A stretch of 64,000 nucleotides of DNA from Bacteroidales bacterium (GTDB lineage Bacteria > Bacteroidota > Bacteroidia > Bacteroidales > WCHB1-69), in NCBI GenBank assembly GCA_045616665.1, contig JAZLHE010000066.1, forward strand, positions 1,800 through 65,799. Reading direction: 5' to 3'. Position 1 is the stretch's first letter; each line of letters opens with the position of its first letter. The translations under genes were made by a program, and so were the position numbers. Shown piece by piece: positions 49,701 through 60,080 of this stretch. Below the pieces are notes generated by a model. It saw only the letters and a program-made list of their open reading frames with translations, did not search any database and was not told the origin of the DNA.

Positions 49701-50140
49701 TTGTCATATCGTTGCTTGGCCTCACGAAAGGCCTTGTCGGTTTCGCGCCATAAAATTTGGGCGATGGCTTTGGAATCGTCGGTAAGGGGTAGTTTGATGC
49801 TTGACGTTCCCATAATAAAATAATCAGAATAGTCGTCACGTAGTTCGTGGAAATTATCCATCTCAAAATTGCCCACGCGGACTTGTACCGTCAATATGCG
49901 TTCGCGTTTTTGATTATTCTCCACCAAACTGCCAAATGAACTGCCGATATAGTGTGTGATTTCGTCATCCACACGATAGCTGAGCAGATAAACTCCGGCT
50001 TGATCCTTGTCAAATTGGGCTTTGTTTTTGTTCAATTCTTTTTGGAGAATTTCCAGTAATGCGTCGCTTTGTTGGGAAAATGATGAAACTACGGTCATCA
50101 ACAACAACAAGAAAATCCCAAAAGTTTTTATTGTTTTCAT
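46736..50140 (-). CDS. Secreted TldD/PmbA-family metallopeptidase, tandem TldD-TldE-like fusion
   Basis: Signal peptide. The first module has FFHEIFGHRIEG, YDDEG, SNGHAR and GTCG. The second module repeats the fold (HDADG, SNGHNR) without HExxxH. Confidence 0.85.
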   Translation of the reverse strand: MKTIKTFGIFLLLLMTVVSSFSQQSDALLEILQKELNKNKAQFDKDQAGVYLLSYRVDDEITHYIGSSFGSLVENNQKRERILTVQVRVGNFEMDNFHELRDDYSDYFIMGTSSIKLPLTDDSKAIAQILWRETDKAFREAKQRYDKVKANVAVKAEEEDHAPDYSTAAQEVYFEPAVTDLSLDETLWIQRLKELSAVFNHNKDAQEGSSLIQFTILRKYFVNSDNTSIVQNNTFCHLFVNVEGQAADGMYLPLYQSYFAHTPQQLPDQSTMLADVQNLNGKISQLVKAPVVDPYTGPALLSKEAAGVFFHEIFGHRIEGQRLKQSTDGQTFKQKLNEQVLPTDLSVIFDPSILFYKDIPLNGSYKYDDEGFFGYQVKVVDHGILKKFLMTRTPIDSFPLSNGHARSQAGYQPVSRQSNLIVETEHPYTDEQLRAMLIAEAKAQGKDYGYLFASVQGGFTTTGRYSPNAFNVTPLEVYRIYVDGRPDELVRGVDLVGTPLSMFSKIEAAGTEHGNFAGTCGAESGWVPVGCCSPALFIKQIEMQKKSKSQQRPPIIPKNYSQIFNTDNFETTCFEAMEDELEQNMTSLQIKDLKSPYFISYLISDATITGIRSSLGGIITSFQRPCRDKDVTVLVGNDKRNNQHYFDMNSLIFRNSGTMGSMPIDNDYYNIRYNLWLTTDKLYKTNAEHLEAKNAAIEQQNIPQKQLDLPDRSSIVFANFSEEESSSTIDRLQYENTINELSNIFSNYPEFTNSGVNFYAYQGNAYYRNSEGLQYKKAFNLVGIHIFAETLTDDGEPLSDHLWIYRKDISQLPSTNELQKQIADFADRLEQLRRAPVVEDAYSGPIVFADDAAATLIEQCFFQADNGLMASRKPIFSSSEIASMYGDYADKDNSLVSFLNKKVISRDLSLRSRNTLTQYNGIPLIGSFQHDADGYTSDDETLLIEDGVLMQLLNNREPADKAPFSNGHNRLVLSENKLQTALAPGVIEMTGKNKSSYQQLKKKLMTLAKSEDYEYGYIVTKIKDISDNHLIPTYCYQINVKTGEEKLVRMAQLSTPKLKTFKHVATVSSEQQVFNTLMSGQKINAWPASNDFQLYGVPVSFILPKAILFEELELNKNPDINLQKKPFIANPLKD

Positions 50141-50341
50141 AATGGTTGTTTTTAATGAAAGAAGGAAATTAGAACGAATTTCTTTCTTATAACGGCAAAA
50201 ATGTGCTTTTATTGTCTTTATTATTAATGTTTTTTTCTTATTAAGAAGGGTATAATGCTCAAAAATAATCCAGATGAGTTGAAAATTGTGATATTTCGTA
50301 GAAGATTTTATTCTTTTCAGTATGAAATTTTGAAGAAAATA

Positions 50342-51121
50342 TTAGTTTTTGTGGATTTTATCGAAAATTTTGAGGGTGTTTTCGGTGGTGACAGCCATAA
50401 CGGTTTCTATGGTTTCACCAGTGATTTCCGCCACTTTTTGGGCAATGATGGGAATATAGCTGCTTTCGTTGGTTTTGCCGCGGAATGGCACGGGGGCAAG
50501 GTAGGGGGAGTCGGTTTCCAAAACGATGTGATGCAAGCCCACCTCTCTAACGATGTCTTGCAGCTTGTTGTTTTTGAAAGTGACGACACCGCCCACGCCT
50601 AAGGCAAATCCAAAACGAATGCCCCATTGGGCTTCCTGAATGCCGCCAGAAAAGCAATGCAGTACGCCTTTCAGTCCGCAATGGTCAAATTTCTTTAGCA
50701 CGGGAATGGCTTCTTCGTAGGCATTGCGGATGTGCAGGGACAGGGGCATTCGGCGTTCTTTTGCCCAATTGAGTTGGGTTTCAAAGATTTCTATTTGTTC
50801 CTTTTCATATTTGCGGCTGAAATAATAGTCCAATCCGATTTCACCAACTCCAATGACGCGTGGGTCGTCCAAATAGGCGGAAATTTTGGCCAGTTCTTCC
50901 CGGTAGTCGGGGCGAATTTCCTCGGGATGCAGTCCCACCAATGGGAAAATATGACCCGGAAACCGGTCCGCAGATTCGAAAATCTCGTCCAATCCTGCCG
51001 CGTTGACACCGGGTAAGATGATGGGATCTACGGCGGCATCGATGGCTCGCTGAACAACCTGGTCAAGGCAGTCGGGATAATATTCTTTGCACAAATGTGC
51101 GTGGGTGTCGATAAAGTTCAT
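50342..51121 (-). CDS. tatD: TatD family DNase/hydrolase
   Basis: IDTHAHL, GLHP, GEIGLDY, HCFSG and LETDSPYL. Confidence 0.95.
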   Translation of the reverse strand: MNFIDTHAHLCKEYYPDCLDQVVQRAIDAAVDPIILPGVNAAGLDEIFESADRFPGHIFPLVGLHPEEIRPDYREELAKISAYLDDPRVIGVGEIGLDYYFSRKYEKEQIEIFETQLNWAKERRMPLSLHIRNAYEEAIPVLKKFDHCGLKGVLHCFSGGIQEAQWGIRFGFALGVGGVVTFKNNKLQDIVREVGLHHIVLETDSPYLAPVPFRGKTNESSYIPIIAQKVAEITGETIETVMAVTTENTLKIFDKIHKN

Positions 51122-51122
51122 C

Positions 51123-51956
51123 TTAAATATCGTATTCTTTCCAACGGTTTCCGTCCAAATGCACCAACTGGTCAATGCCAAAGCTCTTTAACTTTTGGAC
51201 GGCTTCATTATAGTAAAGGTTTAATTCTTCGGATTTGTGCGCATCACTGCTGATGATGAAAGGAAGGTGCGTCTTTTTTGCTTGGGCAAGGATGTAATCC
51301 GAAGGATAAAAGGCATCGCAGCGTTTTTTGTATAGCCCGCGCGTGTTAATCTCAACAATGACATCGTTTTTCTTGATAAGCGAAAGCGCGTGATCCACCA
51401 AGTCTATGTACCATTTTTCTTTTTCAGTGAAAAAGCGGTGTTGGTTGTGCATTTTGATTTTGTCGAGATGGGCGATAATGTCCAAATGCTCTTCTTCCAA
51501 CATCTGAAATGACTGTTCCCAAAAAGTGGTGACGGCTTTTTGAATGTTGTTGTTAAATAAAATGTCAAGACCCGCATCGTAGATTTCTCGTTTTGAACCA
51601 TCAATGAACCAGAGTCGTTCATCGTTGGTGGGGCGCACCAAATGTACACCGCCGATGATGTAGTCGAGTTGGTATTCGTTGCGGTAATGGTCAAATTTTT
51701 GAGTCATCCCGGGAATGAAGTCACATTCTAAGCCCACAAAAAGCTGTGTGTTGGAGTTTCGCTGGAAAGAGTGGACTTCCTTGACATATTCGGGAATGCG
51801 ATTTTCCTCTATGGCAAAATCGTTTTCTCCCGGAACCGGAGCGTGAGAGGAAAAGCCCAAATGGTTCAAACCTATTTCGTTGGCTTGTTTAACGAAAGCT
51901 TCAATCGGTTCCTTGCCGTCACAATAAGTACAATGAGTATGATAGTTGCATTTCAT
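51123..51956 (-). CDS. PHP-family histidinol-phosphatase (HisJ-like)
   Basis: NYHTHCTYCDG, GFSSHAP, GLECD, IAHLD, EINT and SSDAH. Confidence 0.88.
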   Translation of the reverse strand: MKCNYHTHCTYCDGKEPIEAFVKQANEIGLNHLGFSSHAPVPGENDFAIEENRIPEYVKEVHSFQRNSNTQLFVGLECDFIPGMTQKFDHYRNEYQLDYIIGGVHLVRPTNDERLWFIDGSKREIYDAGLDILFNNNIQKAVTTFWEQSFQMLEEEHLDIIAHLDKIKMHNQHRFFTEKEKWYIDLVDHALSLIKKNDVIVEINTRGLYKKRCDAFYPSDYILAQAKKTHLPFIISSDAHKSEELNLYYNEAVQKLKSFGIDQLVHLDGNRWKEYDI

Positions 51957-52163
51957 TCCGTCAAAATTTTTGGCAAAATTACGAAAATATTGTCTTTCGT
52001 CGGCCTGTTTATTCAAGTTTGCTTTATAAAAAGGATAATTGTTTCTATGCCTTTGCGGGTTAAATCCTTCATTGATTATCAGGTCAAATTTTTTCTGACA
52101 AAGCATTGCAATTTATTTGTATTTTTGTCGTTTATATTTATAATAAGAAAAATATATAGTTTA

Positions 52164-52856
52164 ATGCGATTAATTTACTGTAAAATACTGTCAATCATTG
52201 TTTTAACTTCTCTGCTAACGGCTTGTAACTCATCAGTGAGCTCAAATAAGGTGGAACAACGCATCATTTTTCCTTCCTATTCTGTCTATTACGATGCGGG
52301 AGCCCAAACGCTTACTGCCCAGGTGGCCTTTCAAACGGATAATGAGTCCGGTGCCTATATCCAATTGTCTAAAAATAGTTCAATATCATTTAACCAACAG
52401 ACAATGAAGAAGTTGTCAGATGATGTAAAAGACTGTTTTTATATGTGTACGCAAAGTGAAGTGTCTGCTTTCCCGGATAGGTTGGGTTTTGAATATCAAA
52501 ACGACGACGGTGATGTTTTTACTAATGAATTGAAAATGAAATCTATCCGGATTTCAGATGTCAGTTTGAAAAAAAATGAGACTAACGTTCTGAAATATAA
52601 AGGAGCGGCAATCGATGAGGATGAAACCATTACCTTGATTTTAAGAAATGGCGAAAAGCGATATGAAATTTTACCGGATGCCGGGGATAACCATCAATTG
52701 ATCATTGATGAGTCTATGTTGCGGGATATCAAATCGGGAAATTATGATGGATTTTTACAGCGAACCACTTATTCGACTTCGGTAAAGGCTATGGATAGAG
52801 GTGGAAGCTCGGAAACGACTTATTATTCGAAAATTTATAAAATAACCATTCAATAA
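52164..52856 (+). CDS. Hypothetical lipoprotein
   Basis: [21 protein letters not shown] lipobox. Start corrected from the long ORF at 51771. Confidence 0.7.
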   Translation: MRLIYCKILSIIVLTSLLTACNSSVSSNKVEQRIIFPSYSVYYDAGAQTLTAQVAFQTDNESGAYIQLSKNSSISFNQQTMKKLSDDVKDCFYMCTQSEVSAFPDRLGFEYQNDDGDVFTNELKMKSIRISDVSLKKNETNVLKYKGAAIDEDETITLILRNGEKRYEILPDAGDNHQLIIDESMLRDIKSGNYDGFLQRTTYSTSVKAMDRGGSSETTYYSKIYKITIQ

Positions 52857-52870
52857 AATTTAGTTTTGTT

Positions 52871-54625
52871 ATGTTAAGAACACATACTTGTGGCGAATTA
52901 AACGCTTCCAATATCAATCAAACCGTAACTTTGTGCGGTTGGATCCAGAAAGTTAGAAAGCTGGGCGGTATGATTTTTATCGATTTGAGAGACCGCTACG
53001 GCATTACACAGTTGGCATTTAACAACGAAACCAACGCAGACCTTTGTCAGAAGGTGGAAAAGTTCGGTCGTGAATGGGTAATCCGGGTTACGGGTGTCGT
53101 TACGGAACGTTATAGCAAAAATAAGAATATTCCTACGGGAGACATCGAAATCATTGCTTCTGATGTGGAAGTCCTCAACGAATCTTTGGTTCCTCCTTTC
53201 ACCATCGAGGATGAATCGGACGGTGGCGACGAGTTGCGTATGAAATACCGTTATTTGGATTTGCGCCGTAATCCCGTGAAAAACAATATTCTTTTCCGTC
53301 ACCGCTTGGCTATCGAAATTCGCAATTATATGAACAACATAGGATTTGTGGAAATCGAAACGCCGTTTATGATTAAGTCAACTCCTGAAGGTGCCCGAGA
53401 TTTTGTGGTTCCTTCCCGTATGAATCCCGGCGAATTTTATGCGCTTCCGCAGTCTCCGCAGACTTTCAAGCAGTTGCTGATGGTATCGGGTTTTGACCGT
53501 TATTTCCAAATTGTCCGCTGCTTCCGTGACGAGGACTTGCGTGCGGATCGCCAACCTGAGTTTACTCAAATTGACTGTGAGATGTCTTTTGTAGAACAGG
53601 AAGACGTTTTGAATACTTTCGAGGGTTTAGTGAAGCATATTTTCAAGAAAGTTAAAAATATGGATATCGATCCTATCGAAAGAATAACTTGGGCTGATGC
53701 TATGAAATATTATGGTTCAGATAAGCCTGATGCCCGTTTTGATATGCGTTTTGTGGAATTAAATGAAGTGACCAAGCACAAAGATTTCAAAATCTTCAAT
53801 GAGGCAGAATTGGTGGTGGGTATTGTGGCTAAAGCTTGTGGCAATTATACGCGTAAACAACTGGATGGACTGGTTGATTTTGTTCGTCGTCCTCAAGTTG
53901 GCGCCGGTGGTTTGGTATATGTACTGTGTAATCAGGACGGGACTTTCAAGTCATCAGTTGATAAATTCTATGACCAAGCTGATTTGAAGGCCATTGCCGC
54001 CAAGTGCAATGCGGAGGCCGGTGACTTGATTTTGATAATGTCCGGTCCACGTTTGAAAACACAAAAGCAACTTTGCGAGTTGCGTTTGGAAATGGGCAGC
54101 CGTTTGGGTTTGCGCAAGGCCGGTGAATATAAGTTGTTATGGGTTGTCGATTTCCCGTTGTTGGAATGGGATGAGGAAACACAGCGTTTCTATGCGATGC
54201 ACCATCCGTTTACCGCACCGAAACCCGAACACGAAGCTATTCTTGAAAGTGATCCGGGTGCCGTCAATGCCAATGCCTACGATTTGGTTATCAATGGTAC
54301 CGAAGTGGGTGGAGGTTCCATCAGAATCCATAACCGCCAATTGCAAAATAGAATGTTCAAAGTGTTGGGATTCAGCGAAGAAGAAGCACAAAAGCAATTT
54401 GGCTTCCTGATGAATGCCTTCCAATTTGGAGCACCACCTCACGGAGGTCTGGCTTTCGGTTTCGACCGTATGTGTTCTGTTTTGTCAGATTGTGATTCAA
54501 TCCGTGATTTCATCGCTTTCCCGAAGAATAATTCTGGCCGCGATATGATGATTGACGCGCCATCAGCCATTTCTGATGAACAATTGAAAGAGTTATTTAT
54601 CAGTGTTAACATTAAACCAGAATAA
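52871..54625 (+). CDS. aspS: Aspartate--tRNA ligase
   Basis: [47 protein letters not shown] and GAPPHGG. Confidence 0.98.
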   Translation: MLRTHTCGELNASNINQTVTLCGWIQKVRKLGGMIFIDLRDRYGITQLAFNNETNADLCQKVEKFGREWVIRVTGVVTERYSKNKNIPTGDIEIIASDVEVLNESLVPPFTIEDESDGGDELRMKYRYLDLRRNPVKNNILFRHRLAIEIRNYMNNIGFVEIETPFMIKSTPEGARDFVVPSRMNPGEFYALPQSPQTFKQLLMVSGFDRYFQIVRCFRDEDLRADRQPEFTQIDCEMSFVEQEDVLNTFEGLVKHIFKKVKNMDIDPIERITWADAMKYYGSDKPDARFDMRFVELNEVTKHKDFKIFNEAELVVGIVAKACGNYTRKQLDGLVDFVRRPQVGAGGLVYVLCNQDGTFKSSVDKFYDQADLKAIAAKCNAEAGDLILIMSGPRLKTQKQLCELRLEMGSRLGLRKAGEYKLLWVVDFPLLEWDEETQRFYAMHHPFTAPKPEHEAILESDPGAVNANAYDLVINGTEVGGGSIRIHNRQLQNRMFKVLGFSEEEAQKQFGFLMNAFQFGAPPHGGLAFGFDRMCSVLSDCDSIRDFIAFPKNNSGRDMMIDAPSAISDEQLKELFISVNIKPE

Positions 54626-54628
54626 TCT

Positions 54629-55663
54629 ATGTCCAATCAAAACGACAAAAATTTCAATTCGTTTAGTTTGGTTCAATTTATTTGGATCAATCGTAAAATA
54701 TTGATAATCATTTGTGCGATTGCCGCCGTGCTTTCTTTGATAGTGTCATTGCTGATTAAGCCAAAGTATCAATCTACAGCGGTCATTTTCGCTCCCCGAA
54801 CCAATTCCGTGGCCAAGATCCTGTTGAACGAGGAGTCTTATAATGAGCGCTTGGATATGAAGGCGTATGCGGCGGAAGAGGAAACCGAACAGATGATGGA
54901 AATTTTGAATTCTCGCTCAATCAAAGATGTCCTGATTCAAAAATTCGATTTGTATAATCATTATGGTATCGGCACGAATGAAGCACATCGGCAGACCAAG
55001 GTCTATAAGTATTTGAAAAGTGCCATCACGATTAGAAGAACACAATATGGTGCTATCTCGGTGAACGTTATGGACGAAGATCCTCAAATCGCTGCCGATA
55101 TGGCCAATGAAATCTTGGCACAATTGGATACCGTAAAGCATCATATCGAATACCAAAGAACTGTTGCTGCCTATAAAATTCTGCAAGAACAAATGGATTT
55201 TGTAGATAAAGAAATGGCCCGTCTTGACGATTCTCTGCAGTTGATTATGAAGGAGGGCGTTTATGAGTTTACGACCCAATCGGATAGAATGATGCAGCAG
55301 TATGCCATTGCGCTCGCACAGGGAAATACCGCCGGCCAGCAACGGTTGGCAAAGGAATTGGAAAAATTGTCGGCTTATGGCACCCGCTATTTGACGTTGC
55401 AGGAAGAACAGGAGAAATTCTGCGAATATCACGCGATGTGCAGGTCCAAAATGCTGAATGCCGTTGTGGATAATAGCGATAATATTCCTGTTAAATTCGT
55501 TGTGGATAATGCAATTCCAGCCGATAAAAAGGCATACCCCAAAAAAATGCTGATTGTTCTGGTTTCTACTGTCGCCAGCTTTATCCTGGGTGTGATTGTT
55601 TTATTGATACTCAATAATCTTAAACAAACTCCGCTGACTATAGTACCGAAAGAAAACGATTAG
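54629..55663 (+). CDS. Wzz/GumC-like polysaccharide chain-length determinant
   Basis: Two terminal TM helices, PKYQS, a coiled-coil middle, and AIPADKKAYPK. Confidence 0.85.
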   Translation: MSNQNDKNFNSFSLVQFIWINRKILIIICAIAAVLSLIVSLLIKPKYQSTAVIFAPRTNSVAKILLNEESYNERLDMKAYAAEEETEQMMEILNSRSIKDVLIQKFDLYNHYGIGTNEAHRQTKVYKYLKSAITIRRTQYGAISVNVMDEDPQIAADMANEILAQLDTVKHHIEYQRTVAAYKILQEQMDFVDKEMARLDDSLQLIMKEGVYEFTTQSDRMMQQYAIALAQGNTAGQQRLAKELEKLSAYGTRYLTLQEEQEKFCEYHAMCRSKMLNAVVDNSDNIPVKFVVDNAIPADKKAYPKKMLIVLVSTVASFILGVIVLLILNNLKQTPLTIVPKEND

Positions 55664-55668
55664 GTTTT

Positions 55669-57102
55669 ATGGAACAGGGACAGAAAAACAAGTACGTCTT
55701 ATATGGTTGTTTCGGACTTTTTCTTCTGATCAACCTTTTTTGCCTATGGAAGCAGTTTTTTTATTTTTCGGCTGTTTCCGTGGTTTTAATTGTCCTTTAC
55801 CTGCTCGTTTTTCGTCTTGATTTGTTGATGTACGGTCTGGCTTTCGTCACACCGTTGTCCGTTGTCATCAGCGATGATACAATTCAATTGGGCTTGTCGT
55901 TGCCTTCGGAATTTATGATGATTGCCGTGACATTGTTGTTTCTTTGTCGCATTTTATATGATTGGACGTTGGATAAACGGCTGATTACACATCCGGTTTC
56001 CATAGTTGTCTATGTGTATCTTCTCTGGATGTTCATCACTTGTTTTACCAGTGAACAACCTGGGATCTCTTTCAAGTTTTGGGCATCCAAGATTTGGTTT
56101 GTCACTTCTTGTTATTTTATGGTGATACAGTTGATTAAAGATGAGTTGAAAAATGCGAAAACCTTTTTCAACTGTTACATTGTCGGTTTGTGTATAGTGG
56201 TCATATATACAACCATACGACATGCGTTACGCGGATTTTCGGAATTTAGCGGGCATTGGGTGATGACGCCGTTTTACAATGACCATACGGCGTATGGTGC
56301 GGTTTTGGCTTTCTTCATCCCGATTGTGATTGGCTTCCTATGTACGGCAGAAAGCAAGAAATCAAAATGTTTTTATATTATTTCCGCTTTGATTTTATTG
56401 CTTGGATTGTATTTGTCAAACTGTAGGGCTGCTTGGTTAAGTATGGTTGTGGTCTTGTTTGTCTGGTTGGTGATGAAACTGAAAATAAAATTTACTTGGT
56501 TAGTTGTCGCCGCCTTGGTTTTCGGCTCGTTTTTTTATTTTTATGCCGATGACATTTTATACCGAATGGGGCGAAACGACCAAGATGCTTCGGGCAACTT
56601 GACCGAACAAATCCAATCAATGACCAATATCAGTACCGATGCTTCCAATGTGGAGCGACTCAATCGCTGGACTTCGGCCTTGGCGATGATTAAGGAGCGG
56701 CCAATTGTCGGTTGGGGCCCCGGAACGTATCAATTTCAGTATGCTCCATTTCAAAAATCTAAATATCAAACGATTATTTCCACAAATCTTGGTGATGGCG
56801 GCAATGCCCATAGTGAGTATTTGGGACCTTGTGCGGAAACTGGAATTGTGGGTCTGCTCACCGTTTTGGCATTAGTGGTGGCGAGTTTATTTACGGGCAT
56901 CAAAACCTATATGAATGCACAAGATAAAAATAGAAAGCACTGGGCTATGGCTATGACTTTGGCCTTGGTGTCCTATTTCGTCCACGGAATTATGAATAAT
57001 TTTCTGGATACCGATAAACTTTCGCTCCCGTTTTGGGCGGCTTTTGCGGTTATTGTCGTGCTTTCGCTGTCCGTTAAAACTGAATACAGTTCTTCAAAAT
57101 GA
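55669..57102 (+). CDS. O-antigen ligase/polymerase family protein
   Basis: Multi-TM protein with SNCRAAW, SNVERLNRW, RPIVGWGPG and AHSEYL. Confidence 0.88.
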   Translation: MEQGQKNKYVLYGCFGLFLLINLFCLWKQFFYFSAVSVVLIVLYLLVFRLDLLMYGLAFVTPLSVVISDDTIQLGLSLPSEFMMIAVTLLFLCRILYDWTLDKRLITHPVSIVVYVYLLWMFITCFTSEQPGISFKFWASKIWFVTSCYFMVIQLIKDELKNAKTFFNCYIVGLCIVVIYTTIRHALRGFSEFSGHWVMTPFYNDHTAYGAVLAFFIPIVIGFLCTAESKKSKCFYIISALILLLGLYLSNCRAAWLSMVVVLFVWLVMKLKIKFTWLVVAALVFGSFFYFYADDILYRMGRNDQDASGNLTEQIQSMTNISTDASNVERLNRWTSALAMIKERPIVGWGPGTYQFQYAPFQKSKYQTIISTNLGDGGNAHSEYLGPCAETGIVGLLTVLALVVASLFTGIKTYMNAQDKNRKHWAMAMTLALVSYFVHGIMNNFLDTDKLSLPFWAAFAVIVVLSLSVKTEYSSSK

Positions 57103-57136
57103 TAATGTTAAAGTTGGATTATCATTGAAAACAATT

Positions 57137-57853
57137 TTATAAATCATTGATAACCACAGCTGCCGCGTGGCATCCGAAAACGGCGGGCATATACGATATG
57201 GTGCCTACCGTGGATAAATGGTTGATGTCGGGATCGGCTTCAATGAGTATGGCATTTTCGTTGACGGGTTCGGGAGAAAAGACGGCTTTGAATCCGGTGG
57301 TAATGCCCATCCTGTGCAATCTCTTACGAATGGCGTGGGCCAATTTGCACTGATGTGTCTTTTTAATGTCGGCAACTTGTACCAAGGCAGGATTGATTTT
57401 TCCGCCGGCACCCATAACAGATACTAGTCGAAGATTTTTTTGCAGAGCAAAATAGATAAGAAAAACTTTGGGTGATAATGAATCTATGGCATCCACCACA
57501 TAGTCGAATTTTGCGCTGTCCAACACTTCCGGAGTCCTTTCGTCACGAATAAATTCGTGAATGCTATGTAGTTTGATTTCCGGATTGATGTCTTTTAAAC
57601 GTAGGCACATTACATCAACTTTGCTCAAGCCGAGCGTTGAATGCAAGGCCGGTAATTGTCGGTTGAGGTTCGTCAAAGAAACGGTGTCCGCATCTACCAG
57701 GGTCATTTCCCCGATTCCGGCACGACAAAGTTGTTCGGCAGCGTATGCCCCAACACCGCCAATGCCTACAACCAGAACGTGGGCATTTTTCAGTCTTTCC
57801 ATTTTTTCTTTGCCAAAAAGAAGTTCCGTGCGACTCAACCAATCTGTATTCAT
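57137..57853 (-). CDS. tcdA: tRNA threonylcarbamoyladenosine dehydratase
   Basis: VGIGGVG, TNLNRQ, YVVDAIDS, MGAGGK and GTISYMPAVFG. Confidence 0.93.
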   Translation of the reverse strand: MNTDWLSRTELLFGKEKMERLKNAHVLVVGIGGVGAYAAEQLCRAGIGEMTLVDADTVSLTNLNRQLPALHSTLGLSKVDVMCLRLKDINPEIKLHSIHEFIRDERTPEVLDSAKFDYVVDAIDSLSPKVFLIYFALQKNLRLVSVMGAGGKINPALVQVADIKKTHQCKLAHAIRKRLHRMGITTGFKAVFSPEPVNENAILIEADPDINHLSTVGTISYMPAVFGCHAAAVVINDL

Positions 57854-57868
57854 TTGAAATATAAAGGA

Positions 57869-59365
57869 TTATAAATTAATTTCTTTCCGAAGAGAGGCTT
57901 TGGGATAATTCAATTGTTCGCGGTACTTGGCTACGGTTCTGCGCGCCAGGGTATAACCTTTGTCTTTGAAAATCTCGCAAAGCTGGTCATCGGTGTAGGG
58001 TTTGTTCTTATCTTCCGAGTCAATGATTTCCGCAAGAATTTTTTTGATGGCCTTGGATGAAACATCTTCATTGCCAGCGGCTTCAGAAAACAGGTTTTTC
58101 AATAGAATAATGCCGAAAGAGGTTTGGACATATTTACTGCTGGTAACTCGAGAAACGGTCGAAATGTCTAAATTTACCTTTTCTGCAATGTCTTTCAAAA
58201 TCATAGGTTTCAACTCACTTTCATCTCCACTGAGAAAATATTTTTCTTGTCGCTGCATAATGGCCAGCATCGTATTGTATAAAATCATTTCCCGAAGCGA
58301 AAGCAAATGAATGAAATTTTGGGCGTTGTCGAGATTCTCTTTGAGAAATTTTTCCGCATCAGAACGCAATTTGTCATTTTTTTCTTGGCTCAAAAAACGA
58401 TACTCTTTTGTAAAATCTTGATTAACAATTACTTTTGGGATGTGCGTGTTGTTTAATGTCAATTCAAGTTTTCCATCATTATTAAGAATAATGAAATCAG
58501 GAGAGATGACGGAAGTATTTTTTTCGATGAAAGAATCGTTGGAAACGGGGTGCGGATCCAGGTTTTTGATTTCCGCCAATGCCGCTTTGAAGTCCTTTTC
58601 GTCAATATTGAGTTGTTGGCATAATTTGTCGAAATGCTTTTTTGAAAAACTGTCGAAATGTTTGGCAATGATTTCCCTGGCAATGAGGATGGATGGAGTG
58701 TCGTTTTTTCTTTTTAACTGAATAAGTAAGCACTCCTGAAGATGGCGGGCCCCAATGCCGGCTGGTTCCAGTTCCTGAATGTAATGCGTGATGATGTGTT
58801 CAATTTCCGCTGGAGAGGCTTTGATGTTGTAAGAAAAAAGCAATTCATTGGAAATGGCTATGCTTTCCCGAGTCAAATATCCGTTGTCGTCAAGATTGCC
58901 AATAATGTATTTTCCGATTTCCAATGTCCGGTCGTCTATGTCCATTTCGTTCAGTTGCAGCAGGAGTTGTTCTTGCAGAGAATGGTCAAAAACCATTAAT
59001 TTTCCTTCTTTTTGAGTGTCATCAGTATAATTATCGGCATATAATCGATAGGCAGGAATGTCATCGTCTTGTTCGTCTTCCGTAAAAAAATCGTTGTCAA
59101 ACGGGTCTTCGTTGTGATTGCGATCTACTTCAAGGGCAATATCGTCAGCATTGTCGTTTTCATTATTGTCTGTCTGATTGACAAATTCGTCCTCAATATC
59201 ATCATGTTTGATGTCTAATGCTGGATTTTCGTCAACGCTTTTTAAAATTTCTTCCTCCAGCGCAACATTGTTCAATTCAATCATTTTCATCAATTGAACA
59301 GTTTGTTGTGAGGTGATTTGCTTTTGGGCAAGTTGCTGCTGTTGACCTAATCCTTGTTTGGACAT
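57869..59365 (-). CDS. rpoN: RNA polymerase sigma-54 factor
   Basis: Gln-rich region I, ENPAL, PAGIGAR, LKPMILKDIA...STVSR, and RpoN box ARRTVAKYRE. Confidence 0.97.
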   Translation of the reverse strand: MSKQGLGQQQQLAQKQITSQQTVQLMKMIELNNVALEEEILKSVDENPALDIKHDDIEDEFVNQTDNNENDNADDIALEVDRNHNEDPFDNDFFTEDEQDDDIPAYRLYADNYTDDTQKEGKLMVFDHSLQEQLLLQLNEMDIDDRTLEIGKYIIGNLDDNGYLTRESIAISNELLFSYNIKASPAEIEHIITHYIQELEPAGIGARHLQECLLIQLKRKNDTPSILIAREIIAKHFDSFSKKHFDKLCQQLNIDEKDFKAALAEIKNLDPHPVSNDSFIEKNTSVISPDFIILNNDGKLELTLNNTHIPKVIVNQDFTKEYRFLSQEKNDKLRSDAEKFLKENLDNAQNFIHLLSLREMILYNTMLAIMQRQEKYFLSGDESELKPMILKDIAEKVNLDISTVSRVTSSKYVQTSFGIILLKNLFSEAAGNEDVSSKAIKKILAEIIDSEDKNKPYTDDQLCEIFKDKGYTLARRTVAKYREQLNYPKASLRKEINL

Positions 59366-59483
59366 ACGATGCTGTTTTGATTATGCAAACTTACGTAAAA
59401 TTTTCGAATTTTACGCTATGAATGAAAATTACCTTTTATTTTCGGGATTATCCCTTTTCGTCTTGTTGTCGAATTGACGGTGC

Positions 59484-60080
59484 TTATTTTACCACCACGC
59501 TGTTGATTTTTTTCAGGGCGGTGACGATGCGGTCGGCTTCGCGTCTTCTTAATTTGAATGTAATGACATATTGCGTGTCGTATCCTTGACCTAAAATGGT
59601 AACGTAAGGGTCTTTCAAGAGCTGCATCACGCTGTTCATTACGCTGTAGTCAAAGCTTACGTTGTAGGTTTCGTCGATGGTCTTTTCGATGATGGTGGCG
59701 GCTTCCAGGGACTCTTTCGCAGCGGTCTTGTATGCGTTGATGAGTCCGCTCACCCCTAATTTGATGCCGCCGAAATAACGCACGACAATTACCAAAGTAT
59801 TGGTAAGGTCCTTGGACAGGAGTTGTCCGTGAATAGGGCGGCCTGCCGTGCCGGAAGGTTCTCCGTTGTCGTTGAGGCGGTAGGCATCTTTATTGGGTCC
59901 CAAGATATAGCTGTAGCAATGATGCCGGGCATCGAAATACTGTTTCTGAACCTCTGCCAGGCGTTCCTTGACCATCGCTTCGCTTTCGACGGGAAATGCC
60001 AAAGCAATGAATTTGCTTCCTTTTTCGCGATAAATTCCTTCTGATGGGGCGGCAATGGTTTTATAGGTGTCGTCGAACAT
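59484..60080 (-). CDS. YigZ/IMPACT family protein
   Basis: KGSKF, ARHHCY, DNGEPSGTAG and VVRYFGGIKLG. Start corrected to ATG 60080. Confidence 0.93.
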   Translation of the reverse strand: MFDDTYKTIAAPSEGIYREKGSKFIALAFPVESEAMVKERLAEVQKQYFDARHHCYSYILGPNKDAYRLNDNGEPSGTAGRPIHGQLLSKDLTNTLVIVVRYFGGIKLGVSGLINAYKTAAKESLEAATIIEKTIDETYNVSFDYSVMNSVMQLLKDPYVTILGQGYDTQYVITFKLRRREADRIVTALKKINSVVVK

